Below, piece by piece: positions 1-8,094 of a stretch of DNA of 16,746 nt (position 1 is its first letter; each line of letters starts with the position of its first letter). The stretch comes from Armatimonadota bacterium (GTDB lineage Bacteria; Armatimonadota; Armatimonadia; Armatimonadales; Armatimonadaceae): the NCBI GenBank assembly GCA_043754515.1, contig JAYUUO010000048.1:1-16746 (forward strand). Reading direction: 5' to 3'. Made by a program: the position numbers and the translations under genes. Below the pieces are notes generated by a model that saw nothing but the letters and a program-made list of their open reading frames with translations, searched no databases and was not told where the DNA came from.

Positions 1-516
1 GCCGCTATTTCCGGGAGTCTGCGCCCCGATTCGTTGAACACGGCTCTGCTTCGTGCGCTCGCCGCCCTCGCCCCGGATGGCGTGACGGTGACCCTGTACG
101 AGGGGCTAGGCGATCTCTCTCATTTCTCTCCCGACCGCGATGAGGACCCCGCGCCACCCGCCGTCCACGCCCTGCGCGAACTGCTCGCGGGCTCCGACGC
201 CGTGGTGTTTTGCACACCCGAATACGCGCATGGAATGCCTGGCTCTCTTAAGAACCTCCTCGATTGGCTTGTCGGCTCGGGCGAGCTGGTCGGCAAACCG
301 GTCGCCGCATTGTCCGCGGCTCCGTCCCCGGACGGCGGGTCGAACGCCCGCGCCTGGCTCGTGCAGACGCTGACCGTGATGTCCGCGAACGTTGTCCCGG
401 AGGCGTCGTTTGGGATCGGGCTGGTGCGCACGAAGATCGGCGCGGATGGCGCGGTGACCGACGCGGCGACGGCGGATGCGCTCCGGGGCGTACTGAGTAT
501 CTTGCGCGACGCGTGA
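1..516 (+). CDS. NADPH-dependent FMN reductase (flavodoxin-like fold), 5' end outside the window
   Basis: The frame is open from base 1 (AAISGSLRPDSLNTALL, a GSLR-x-x-S-x-N flavin-binding motif). It also has TPEYAHGMPGSLKNLLDW and GKPVA motifs. TGA at 514-516. Confidence 0.92.
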   Translation, partial: AAISGSLRPDSLNTALLRALAALAPDGVTVTLYEGLGDLSHFSPDRDEDPAPPAVHALRELLAGSDAVVFCTPEYAHGMPGSLKNLLDWLVGSGELVGKPVAALSAAPSPDGGSNARAWLVQTLTVMSANVVPEASFGIGLVRTKIGADGAVTDAATADALRGVLSILRDA

Positions 517-521
517 CGCGG

Positions 522-527
522 TATAAT
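522..527 (+). promoter_or_regulatory. Possible sigma70 -10 box (TATAAT)
   Basis: Perfect TATAAT just after the reductase stop. No well-spaced -35 (TTGCGC is only 14 nt upstream). Confidence 0.3.
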
Positions 528-658
528 CAGTGGTGAAGGAACGACTACCTCGCGGCGACGGGAGGAAAACGGATGCGACGCGGCCACCCCGGTGTTCAAA
601 GTGCCATCTGGCCGTTGTCCTGGCGGTTAGCTCCGGTGCCCAGGGTAGAGCAGGAGCC

Positions 659-688
659 GACGAACCCCGTCGTGACGAACCCTGTCGT
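659..688 (+). repeat. 15-bp tandem duplication (GACGAACCCCGTCGT / GACGAACCCTGTCGT)
   Basis: Two adjacent copies at 659-673 and 674-688, 14/15 identical. Confidence 0.8.
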
Positions 689-785
689 AGCGCGGGTTCT
701 GAAGCGCGAAGGGTGCGGATCTAAAGCCGTGTCGCTACCGGAACGTCCTTCAGTAGCCCGGTCCGCATCTGGAAAGGTGGGGCAC

Positions 786-2463
786 ATGATCACACGGAGA
801 AAACAGGCGGTGGTCGCGGCCTGTTGCATTGTAGTAACGTCGCTGGCATGGTTTATGATGCACGGGGCGAGCGGTCGGAACTCTCTCTATGCAAGCGGAG
901 GCCCATAGTAGAGCCGCGAGTAACATGATGAGCTACGGCTTTATCGGCTCCGTGTCCGGCACATTGCGATATCCGAGCGGCAAACCAGTAGTCGGACGCG
1001 AGGTCTACGCGCGTTTCGTCAACCATTCCACGGGAGCTACCGGCGAAGGCACTGCTATCACAGATGTCTTCGGCAACTACTCGATCCGGGGCTTGACACA
1101 CAGGCAGCTCGGGGAAAAGACGGAGTTTTCGATAGCCGTGGCGAATCACGGCGAGTCTTTACTTTCCCGCGTTCCCGCCATCCCAGTCACGCTCACGCCC
1201 GCTAAGCCGCGTGTTGATGGGGTGGACTTCGTGATGGAGCCTGGCCCCGAAATAACCGTGCGCGTTCATGATGCCGAGACGGGTGCTCCGATAGCCGGCA
1301 TGAGCGTCGCCGCTAACCGGGGGGAATTCTGGTCTGTGGAACCGGCGGGTGTAACAGACGCCAATGGCCAGTTCGTATATCACAGTCCGAACCGGCAAAA
1401 CGATCTCGTGCTGGACCAGGAGCATCAGGGTAACCCCGCCAATAGTGCCGCCCCTGGCTATTCCTTTTACTACCGGCAGACGCTCACCCCCGGTGCTAAG
1501 ACTGTGTGGGACGTGCGGACCTACGCCGCTCCTCTTGACCACCCGATGCGAACGTTCCGCGGCACGATTTCGGACAGGAATGGTGAGCCGTTGCGGGCGA
1601 CCACCGTGCACCTTCTGCGCGACCAGTTTTGCCGCAAGCGCGATCAGCAAACAAGAACGGATGAAAACGGCGTGTTCACCTTCTTAACCGAGCGCGTTGA
1701 TCAGTTCTCCGATAATAGTGGTGCCGTGTTGCTTGTCGGGGAAGGGGTGACAACGATGGTGCGGTTCGTCCATGCCGCCGACTTGTGGCAACCTCTCGCG
1801 ATAGTGTTCAACCCCACGCCGACGGCGACAGTATCCGGTCGGGTTGTAGCCCCGGGTGGTAGCCCCTTGGCGGGCGTGCCTGTCTCTTACGACGAGACAT
1901 TCTGGAACCCTGAGCCGAACACTGGTAGTGGCAGTAGTAACGAATGCTTCTCGTCCGGTGGCGCACCGGTAACGGACGCCGCCGGGCGATTCGCCATCTG
2001 TGGTTTGCATCCTGAGGCGGTCTACAGGTTCACCTTCGGCGGGGTGAATCAGGGCGGCAACCAGAAAGCCTTCGGGATCTCCCTCTACCCGCCGCCCCCG
2101 CGCTACACGATGGCTGATTTGCGCTTGAAGCCGGGGGAAGGGTGCGACATCGGCGACATCGTGGTTTGGGAGGCGGATAAAACAATCTCCGGTCGGCTTG
2201 TGGATGAGCGCGGCGATCCGGTCAGCAATGATGTAATGCTTGCCGTCTCCGGAGATCACACGAAACAGAGTGTAACGCTGAAGCCGGACGGCACCTTCCA
2301 TGTCGTCGGTCTCGTCGCGGAGCCGCTTTATCTGATGATCGTCTATGGGCGCGACGGTAGCTACGGTTGGACGGAGGAGAAGATGCGGTTCCCGTACCGG
2401 CGCGCTGTCAGAGCGGGGGACACCAATCTGCGGATTGTCGCGCCTCCGCGTAACGCCCCGTGA
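786..2463 (+). CDS. Exported protein with several carboxypeptidase-regulatory-like (transthyretin/Ig-like) beta-sandwich repeats; probably frameshifted near 881-888
   Basis: ORF 889-2463 has repeated G-x-V-x-D-x-x-G-x-P ... T-D-x-x-G-x-[FY] motifs (TDVFGNY, TDANGQF, TDENGVF, TDAAGRF, KPDGTF). A signal-peptide-like N-terminus (MITRRKQAVVAACCIVVTSLAWF; ATG 786, SD-like GAAAGGTG) lies in a different frame and stops at 908. Confidence 0.7.
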
Positions 2464-2562
2464 TTGTTTCGGATCTTATGACTGTCACGCGCCGCCGTGA
2501 TTCGGCGTTTCGTTTCCACCCCGGCCCGTTCCGGCTGGAGTGCGATCTTTTGGAAGGACATG

Positions 2563-3021
2563 ATGAAACGACTAGACCGAATAGCCCTTGTGTTGCTCTG
2601 CGTTGTCACCAGCGCGTGCCTGAGTTACGCGCGGCAGGAGACCACGCCACCGAAGAAAGCGACCTACGCGCTGACGTTCGCCGACAGCGACGGCTTTTCC
2701 CAGACGGTGGAGGTCACCCGGAGTGACCGATTTCATGTCTCGACGCGACTAAACGAAAGTGACTACGACATATCTGGGAGCAATGAATGGACGCATGATC
2801 GCATGAAGATAATGGCGTCGGTGCGTCGTCGGGTCCGTTCTTTGTTGCCGGGTGCGGGGTCGCTCGGAACCGTCCGAGAGCGTCGCTTCGAGGCCACGCT
2901 GAACCTGAAGTCCGGGGATGCGCCCCAATCGCTAGGCTCTTCTACATCCGGGGAGAACGGCGCGAAGCCCGTAAAGTATGAGGTGACCATTTCAGTGGCA
3001 CCCGCGCCCGCCGGAAGGTAA
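2563..3021 (+). CDS. Hypothetical secreted protein
   Basis: SD-like GGAAGGA at 2552-2558 precedes ATGATG (2560/2563). MKRLDRIALVLLCVVTSACLSYA is a Sec signal peptide. The mature part looks beta-rich. TAA at 3019-3021. Confidence 0.65.
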   Translation: MKRLDRIALVLLCVVTSACLSYARQETTPPKKATYALTFADSDGFSQTVEVTRSDRFHVSTRLNESDYDISGSNEWTHDRMKIMASVRRRVRSLLPGAGSLGTVRERRFEATLNLKSGDAPQSLGSSTSGENGAKPVKYEVTISVAPAPAGR

Positions 3022-3048
3022 GTGAGTGTGCGATTATCGAGCCATTGA

Positions 3049-3076
3049 AGGCCGCCTGACGGACATCAGGCGGCCT
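3049..3076. terminator. Hairpin between convergent genes (probable terminator)
   Basis: Perfect 11-bp inverted repeat AGGCCGCCTGA-(CGGACA)-TCAGGCGGCCT. No strong U-tract. Confidence 0.6.
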
Positions 3077-3079
3077 CGA

Positions 3080-3284
3080 CTAGTAGGCGGTAAGTTCCTC
3101 GCCCTCGGAGCAGAGCAGACGCGCGAGTGAGTGTAACCGCGTCTTGATCCCCTTTGGCGGCTTTGGCGAGCACGTTGTGCCAGTGGTCGAGTTGCTGGAC
3201 GGCGGCGTCTTTGGCGAGGTTTGCGACCCCGTCATGTAGGGCGTCGAGGAGCGCGGCTAGCTCTTTCGGGATCGGTAGTGCCAT
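3080..3284 (-). pseudogene. Small helical hypothetical protein, probably frameshifted or internally deleted at 3149-3152
   Basis: SD-like GAAGGAA precedes ATG 3284. The N-terminus MALPIPKELAALLDALHDGVANLAKDAAVQQLDHWHNVLAKAAKG is amphipathic. A +1 shift continues as IKTRLHSLARLLCSEGEELTAY and stops at TAG 3082-3080, just before the hairpin. The unshifted frame runs into the hairpin (stop at 3066). Confidence 0.55.
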
Positions 3285-3480
3285 GATGGATAGTTCCTTC
3301 TAGTGGTTCCGGGCAGGCGCGTGTATTATTTTGCCCGCCCGCCTAGGTTCTACCTAGCGTGTGACACCGCATAAACCAGTGAGTCATACGATTGGTAAAA
3401 TCCACGTAGAATAGAACGTACGCGTGTTTATGTCCCGGACGGCATGATTTGGCACGATTCTTGCAATACATATGTTCGGG

Positions 3481-3509
3481 ATGACAACGCCGAACATCCG
3501 CGCTACAAT
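3481..3509 (+). promoter_or_regulatory. Sigma70-type promoter for the pentapeptide-repeat gene
   Basis: ATGACA (3481-3486), a 17-nt spacer, then TACAAT (3504-3509). Each box matches consensus at 5/6. Confidence 0.55.
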
Positions 3510-3581
3510 AATCACCACAACAGTTACCGGCCGTGCACAGCGTCGCGGCGGAACCGGGTCGGGATAGTTCGAGGAACAACC

Positions 3582-5348
3582 ATGCGATTTTTTGGCGGGT
3601 CTGCCACGCCCCCGGTGGGTGCTAATATGGACGACGCGGTTCTCGGGTTGAGACCGCTTCCGTCGCCTTCCGCTCCGATGACCGCCGCGACGGTGATAGG
3701 GGCACTTGCCCCGCCGCCTACCGGCACCGCATCGCCCGTAGCCGCGTCCGAATCACTCGCGTTCGAGCGGGAGCGGTGGGAGGATGAAAAATCACGGTAC
3801 GAACGTCAACGCCTCGATACCGAGTTCAACGACGCGCTGAACCGCCTAGCCGACATACAGAACCCCTTTATGCGCGCGGGCGGCGCGAATCGGGTCGCCG
3901 CGCTAGCGCGGCGGCATATGGCCGACTCTCTTGATATAGAGGATGCCTACCCGTACTTCGTGCGCTCCTCCGGGCACCTCGCCGCTGCCCTGCACCTCGA
4001 AGAAGAGTCCGCCGTGCGCGATGAGGTGCAGAAGGCACTCGACATGATGACGGACTTCGCCCACTTCGAAGGCGACATGGGCCAACTACTGATCTACAGC
4101 CTGCTCGACGACATCGCCGCCGCGAACCGATCCGCGCGCAAGGCGTTCGTCGGCGCGCTCGCGCGGCACCTTGCCCGCACCGCCATCTCCGAAAGTAGCG
4201 CGGCGACGAACTACGACGGCTTGCGCCCTCTCGTGGATTTTACTTCGTTCTGCCCGCGTGAAGAGGACACGTTCCGCTGTCTCTGTGACATAGCCAATTC
4301 GCCTGATTGCCGGACGCAAACGCGGTTCCAAGCGGCGGTCGGACTAGCACAATCTCTCCGCAAGGCGTCCTCGATGGCGACGCAGAGCACAGACGCGCTG
4401 GACGTCGTGTACCGCGCGGGGGAGCGACTGAAGGAGACCACGACCGCGCTGACAGCGTGTCTGCGTGCCCTCACGGCGGTGCCGGAAGATGTCGTGGGCG
4501 GTGGTGATACTCGCCTGGGGATGTGGCGGCGTACCGGGCGGCGGTTGCACCTCGCCGGTACGTTCCTCGCGGGCGCGCGGCTCGCCGGGGCACATCTCGC
4601 GGGCGCGAACCTGATGGACGCGGTGCTCCACGGCTCTGAACTGGACGGGACGAATCTGGTGGGGGCGAACCTGTTCGCGGCGAAGATGGGCGGTGCGAAC
4701 CTGTTCAACGCCTACCTGACTCCCGAGGGTAACCCCGGCGTTCCGCAGGGCGCGCCCTCCGCGACGCTTACCGGTACGGACTGGTGGCGGGCGGGGGCGA
4801 CCTCGTGGCGCGGGACGCGCGGCGAGACGATGAAGAAATGGCTTCAGGCCCGGTTCCCCGCGCCGACCGACCCGGACACCGTGCCGGGCTGGGACGACGT
4901 GCCGTTGCCCGTCGTTGCCCCGACCGTCGTCGCGGTGCCAGGCGAGTCGCCTGCCGCCGCCGCGAAAGCAGGGCGCGGCACGAGCGGGCGATCCGTGCGC
5001 GCTCTGTTCGCGGGGCCAACCGCGACCCAAGCCGTCCCGCCGGTCAAAGATGAGGAGGCAATCGGCGACGAGGACGAGACGCACAAGCGAGTGGATGCGG
5101 CCTCGGTGCGCGTGGATACGGTGCAGGTACGTCCGTCGGGCCGCCCCGGATACAACGACAAGTTCTACAAGCAGGATCTGAATGCCGTGCGCGATCTGAT
5201 GACCGACAGGACGGACGAGGATCTAACGCGCGTTGACGAGGCGGCGGTGCGCGTGCGCGACTCCGCGAACCCGAACGATCTGCGGCAAACCCCGCTCGTC
5301 AGTGGTCGCGACCTGCTTGCTGTCCAGGATCTGATGAAGGAGCGGTAG
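3582..5348 (+). CDS. Pentapeptide repeat-containing protein
   Basis: SD-like GAGGA at 3571-3575 precedes ATG 3582, a better start than the one at 3444. About 11 A-x-L-x-x pentapeptides (LAGTFLAGARLAGAHLAGANLMDAVLHGSELDGTNLVGANLFAAKMGGANLFNAYL, ~4545-4720). Helical N-terminal region, Pro/Ala linkers, and a duplicated acidic C-terminal motif. Confidence 0.85.
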   Translation: MRFFGGSATPPVGANMDDAVLGLRPLPSPSAPMTAATVIGALAPPPTGTASPVAASESLAFERERWEDEKSRYERQRLDTEFNDALNRLADIQNPFMRAGGANRVAALARRHMADSLDIEDAYPYFVRSSGHLAAALHLEEESAVRDEVQKALDMMTDFAHFEGDMGQLLIYSLLDDIAAANRSARKAFVGALARHLARTAISESSAATNYDGLRPLVDFTSFCPREEDTFRCLCDIANSPDCRTQTRFQAAVGLAQSLRKASSMATQSTDALDVVYRAGERLKETTTALTACLRALTAVPEDVVGGGDTRLGMWRRTGRRLHLAGTFLAGARLAGAHLAGANLMDAVLHGSELDGTNLVGANLFAAKMGGANLFNAYLTPEGNPGVPQGAPSATLTGTDWWRAGATSWRGTRGETMKKWLQARFPAPTDPDTVPGWDDVPLPVVAPTVVAVPGESPAAAAKAGRGTSGRSVRALFAGPTATQAVPPVKDEEAIGDEDETHKRVDAASVRVDTVQVRPSGRPGYNDKFYKQDLNAVRDLMTDRTDEDLTRVDEAAVRVRDSANPNDLRQTPLVSGRDLLAVQDLMKER

Positions 5349-5384
5349 TCTTGTGATTGACCTATACTATTTTTGGCGGTCCTC

Positions 5385-5414
5385 TTGACAGGCAGGTAAA
5401 ACGGGTGCTGACAT
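5385..5414 (+). promoter_or_regulatory. Candidate promoter for the prepilin-type gene
   Basis: Perfect TTGACA at 5385-5390, then TG-C-TGACAT (a weak extended -10) at 5406-5414. Confidence 0.35.
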
Positions 5415-5419
5415 GTGGT

Positions 5420-5433
5420 TGACAACGTTGTCA
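5420..5433. promoter_or_regulatory. Perfect 14-bp palindrome TGACAACGTTGTCA, LacI-family operator-like
   Basis: Perfect dyad with a central CG, 78 bp upstream of the prepilin ATG. The flanking GG-T/T-CC extends the symmetry. TG-N-A-A-C-G-T-T-N-CA geometry is typical of LacI/GalR operators. Confidence 0.7.
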
Positions 5434-5511
5434 TCCATACTTTTGTCTAAATCAGTCTATACCGTCTGTTACTGTCGACAGAAATAGTAGTTTAGAAAGA
5501 GTCCCGAACCC

Positions 5512-6417
5512 ATGATCTCAATCCCGTCAACTGCCGCTGGCACTACGCCCCGCGCGGCCTCAACCGCCCGAAGCGACTTCACCCTAATCGGGTTGCTCGT
5601 CGTAATTGCTGTTATAGCAATCCTCGCCGCGATACTGTTCCCCGTATTTGCGCAAGCCCGCGAAAAAGCGCGGCAAACCTCCTGCGCGTCAAATCTGAAG
5701 CAGATCACACTGGGCTTCATGTAGTACGTCCAGGACTACGACGAGACGTTCCCGCTCTGGACGAATGGTGCCTGTGGCGGCAAAACACTCGGCATTGAGA
5801 ACATTTATTACGGGTTGGTCAATCCGTACATAAAGAGTGGATTGACTACGACAAACGTCGTCACCGGTGCCGGAACAATCAATGGTGTATGGGCGTGCCC
5901 AACCGCGAAGGCGGACATTGCCGACCTACGCGCCGGTTATGGCTACAACTACATCGGGTTGGGTGGCACTCAGTCAAGTACATGCAACCCTAGCGGTAAT
6001 GGTTTGGATGCCGGGTATACCCCTTTCAACGGCCCGAAGTATACTTTCCCCGCGCCTCTCGCCAAACTTGGAAAGCCGGCGGAGACGATCTTTATCCCTG
6101 ACGGTGCTCAACTACTCCGTCCCCCTGCAGTTGTGGAAGCCAACGGGAGTCCGTATCAAAACTCAGGCGTTTGGGATGCTCACCAGAAGGGGACGAGTGT
6201 CACCGCTCCTGCCACCGGTGGTGTACCGGAGGACATCATCAAAACCTACTACACCGGCAAGCTGACAAACGTCGGTTTCTGCGACGGTCATGTCAAAGCG
6301 ACTCGGACACAAAAACTAGTATTGGGCACCGTAATAATGGAGAACGGGGCGTGGAAGGGTGAGGCTGTCGGCGGTCCTACGCCCGCTGGGAACGCGGGCT
6401 GGGCGTGGGACTGGTAG
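5512..6417 (+). pseudogene. Prepilin-type N-terminal cleavage/methylation protein (DUF1559 / H-X9-DG type) with in-frame TAG at 5722-5724
   Basis: [58 protein letters not shown] continues in the same frame to NVGFCDGHVKA and TAG at 6415-6417. ORFs 5512-5724 and 5815-6417 are in one frame. Confidence 0.88.
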
Positions 6418-6428
6418 ATCCCCATCAC

Positions 6429-6471
6429 CCCCTTTCCCCTCCCTGTCTTATAGGATCGAGAGAGGAAGGGG
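6429..6471. terminator. Imperfect pyrimidine/purine hairpin between convergent genes
   Basis: CCCCTTTC (6429-6436) pairs with GGAAGGGG (6464-6471), with further imperfect pairing inside. Confidence 0.4.
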
Positions 6472-6483
6472 AGCAACAATCGC

Positions 6484-8094
6484 TCACTTCAGCCCCCGGC
6501 ACCGGTATAGGTACCAGACCTTAACCGGTCCCCGGAAGCCGGGGCGCGTAACGTTCACGATCACCGGCTTGGACACCGATGCGAACCGGGTTTGCAAGAA
6601 CGCGGCCTGCTCCGACCGCTCGCCGTCAATGGCGACCACCGCGTTCTTCCCCGCCAGCGCGGCCTCGTTCGTCCACAGATTGTACTGGTCGTGGCGCGTG
6701 TCCGGCATCTGTATCTTCTCCACTGGGGGCGAACCCTGCAGGTAAAACGCCAGTATCGAGGAGACACGGTAGCCGGTCCCGGCGACGAACACGGGCACGC
6801 GCGGGTCCTCGGCACGCAGGGCGTCCCGCTCCCGAACCACCGCCCGCGCGATCGGCTCCCATCCGTACTGCTCGTTTACCTTCTCCCACGTGCCGTTCTC
6901 GACGAACGGCCCGAATGGTCGGATCACCAGCGCGTTCGGGAAGAACAAAACCAGACTCAGTAGACCAGACACCACGGTCGCGGCGACAAGCCAGCCGTTG
7001 CCGCGTTGCCTCCCTGGCCACATGGCGGCGATGGCGAGTAGACCCGTCAGGTGCGCCGCGACGGGCCAGTTCACCTCCACCTTGGAGCGAACCGCGATGA
7101 TAGTACAGACGGCGAGGACTGGCACCGTGAAAGCGATCAGGAATGCGTTGCGCGCCTCGGTCGGGCGGCGCAGGGCGCGGTACAGCGCGTATAACTCAAA
7201 TAGGAGCAGGAACGGTCCGACCACGATGGCCTGTCCGCCCCAAAAGTCGCCGAGCCAGCGGCCCGGTGCCGCGCCCGTGTCACGATTTCCCCGGTTGATC
7301 GTATGAATCCAGTTGACGTTGTCATGACCGGCGTTCCAGATAAAGACCGGAGCTAGGCAGAGAAGTGCCAACCCGAACGCCAAATACGGATGCGGAGACG
7401 CGAGTTGCTTCCGGTACGTGGGAACGAGCGCGAGCAGGAGCAATACCCCCGGCGCGAAAAAGATCATGGTCGGTTTGGTGAGAGTTCCCAGCCCGACGCA
7501 AATTCCGGTCAGATACCACCAGACGGGAAGGGGAATGTTGGCTGTTTTCGCCATCGCCCCGGCGGAAGTAGCGGAAGGTCCGGGGGCTTCCGCGAGGGTC
7601 GTGCCGTCTGAACCCGCGCCCACTGCCCGCGTCACGCAATACAGTCCCGCCGCCCAGAAGAATATCTGCGGCAGATCGTAGGTAGCGAGCACGGAACCGA
7701 TGGCGAGCAGGGGAGCGACGCCAGCGAGCACTAGCGTGCCGAATGCGACGCGCGGACTCCACCAGCGGCACGCGGCGGCGTATACGAGCGCGTCGGCGGC
7801 GACGCCCATCAGGATCGGGACGAGTCGCACCCCGAGCGGCGTGTCGCCGAGGATCGCGGTCCCGGCGCGGATGGAGAGCGCGATGCCCGGCCCCGCGTCA
7901 TAGTAGCACAGGGCGAGGTGCCGACTCCACTGCCAGTAATAGGCTTCGTCCCATGCCAAACCGTAGCGCGTGGCGGTGACGAGGCGCAGGATCAGCAGGG
8001 CAGTTAGTAGCAGGAACGCCGCGCGGTGATAAAACCGCGTGGGTTTCTGGTCGGGCGCGTCAGCGGTCGGCTCTGTTACGGTCGCGTCGGTCAC
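6484..8094 (-). CDS. GT-C fold glycosyltransferase, family 39 / ArnT-PMT-like
   Basis: Polytopic membrane protein with a WDEAYYWQWSRHLALCYYDAGP acidic motif after TM1, plus GVRL, GLGTLTKPT and P-x-x-IWN motifs and a soluble C-terminal domain. Its GTG start overlaps the upstream TGA (GTGA). Confidence 0.88.
   Translation of the reverse strand: MTDATVTEPTADAPDQKPTRFYHRAAFLLLTALLILRLVTATRYGLAWDEAYYWQWSRHLALCYYDAGPGIALSIRAGTAILGDTPLGVRLVPILMGVAADALVYAAACRWWSPRVAFGTLVLAGVAPLLAIGSVLATYDLPQIFFWAAGLYCVTRAVGAGSDGTTLAEAPGPSATSAGAMAKTANIPLPVWWYLTGICVGLGTLTKPTMIFFAPGVLLLLALVPTYRKQLASPHPYLAFGLALLCLAPVFIWNAGHDNVNWIHTINRGNRDTGAAPGRWLGDFWGGQAIVVGPFLLLFELYALYRALRRPTEARNAFLIAFTVPVLAVCTIIAVRSKVEVNWPVAAHLTGLLAIAAMWPGRQRGNGWLVAATVVSGLLSLVLFFPNALVIRPFGPFVENGTWEKVNEQYGWEPIARAVVRERDALRAEDPRVPVFVAGTGYRVSSILAFYLQGSPPVEKIQMPDTRHDQYNLWTNEAALAGKNAVVAIDGERSEQAAFLQTRFASVSKPVIVNVTRPGFRGPVKVWYLYRCRGLK

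Noticed and set aside
3444..3581. Longer N-terminus of the pentapeptide protein
   Set aside because: This stretch contains a good sigma70 promoter and the SD for ATG 3582, so it is more likely non-coding.
5722..5724. Genome-wide TAG reassignment or pyrrolysine
   Set aside because: TAG ends several intact genes here at the expected positions (5348, 10408, 16342). The same gene also has other damaging substitutions, so a nonsense mutation is simpler.
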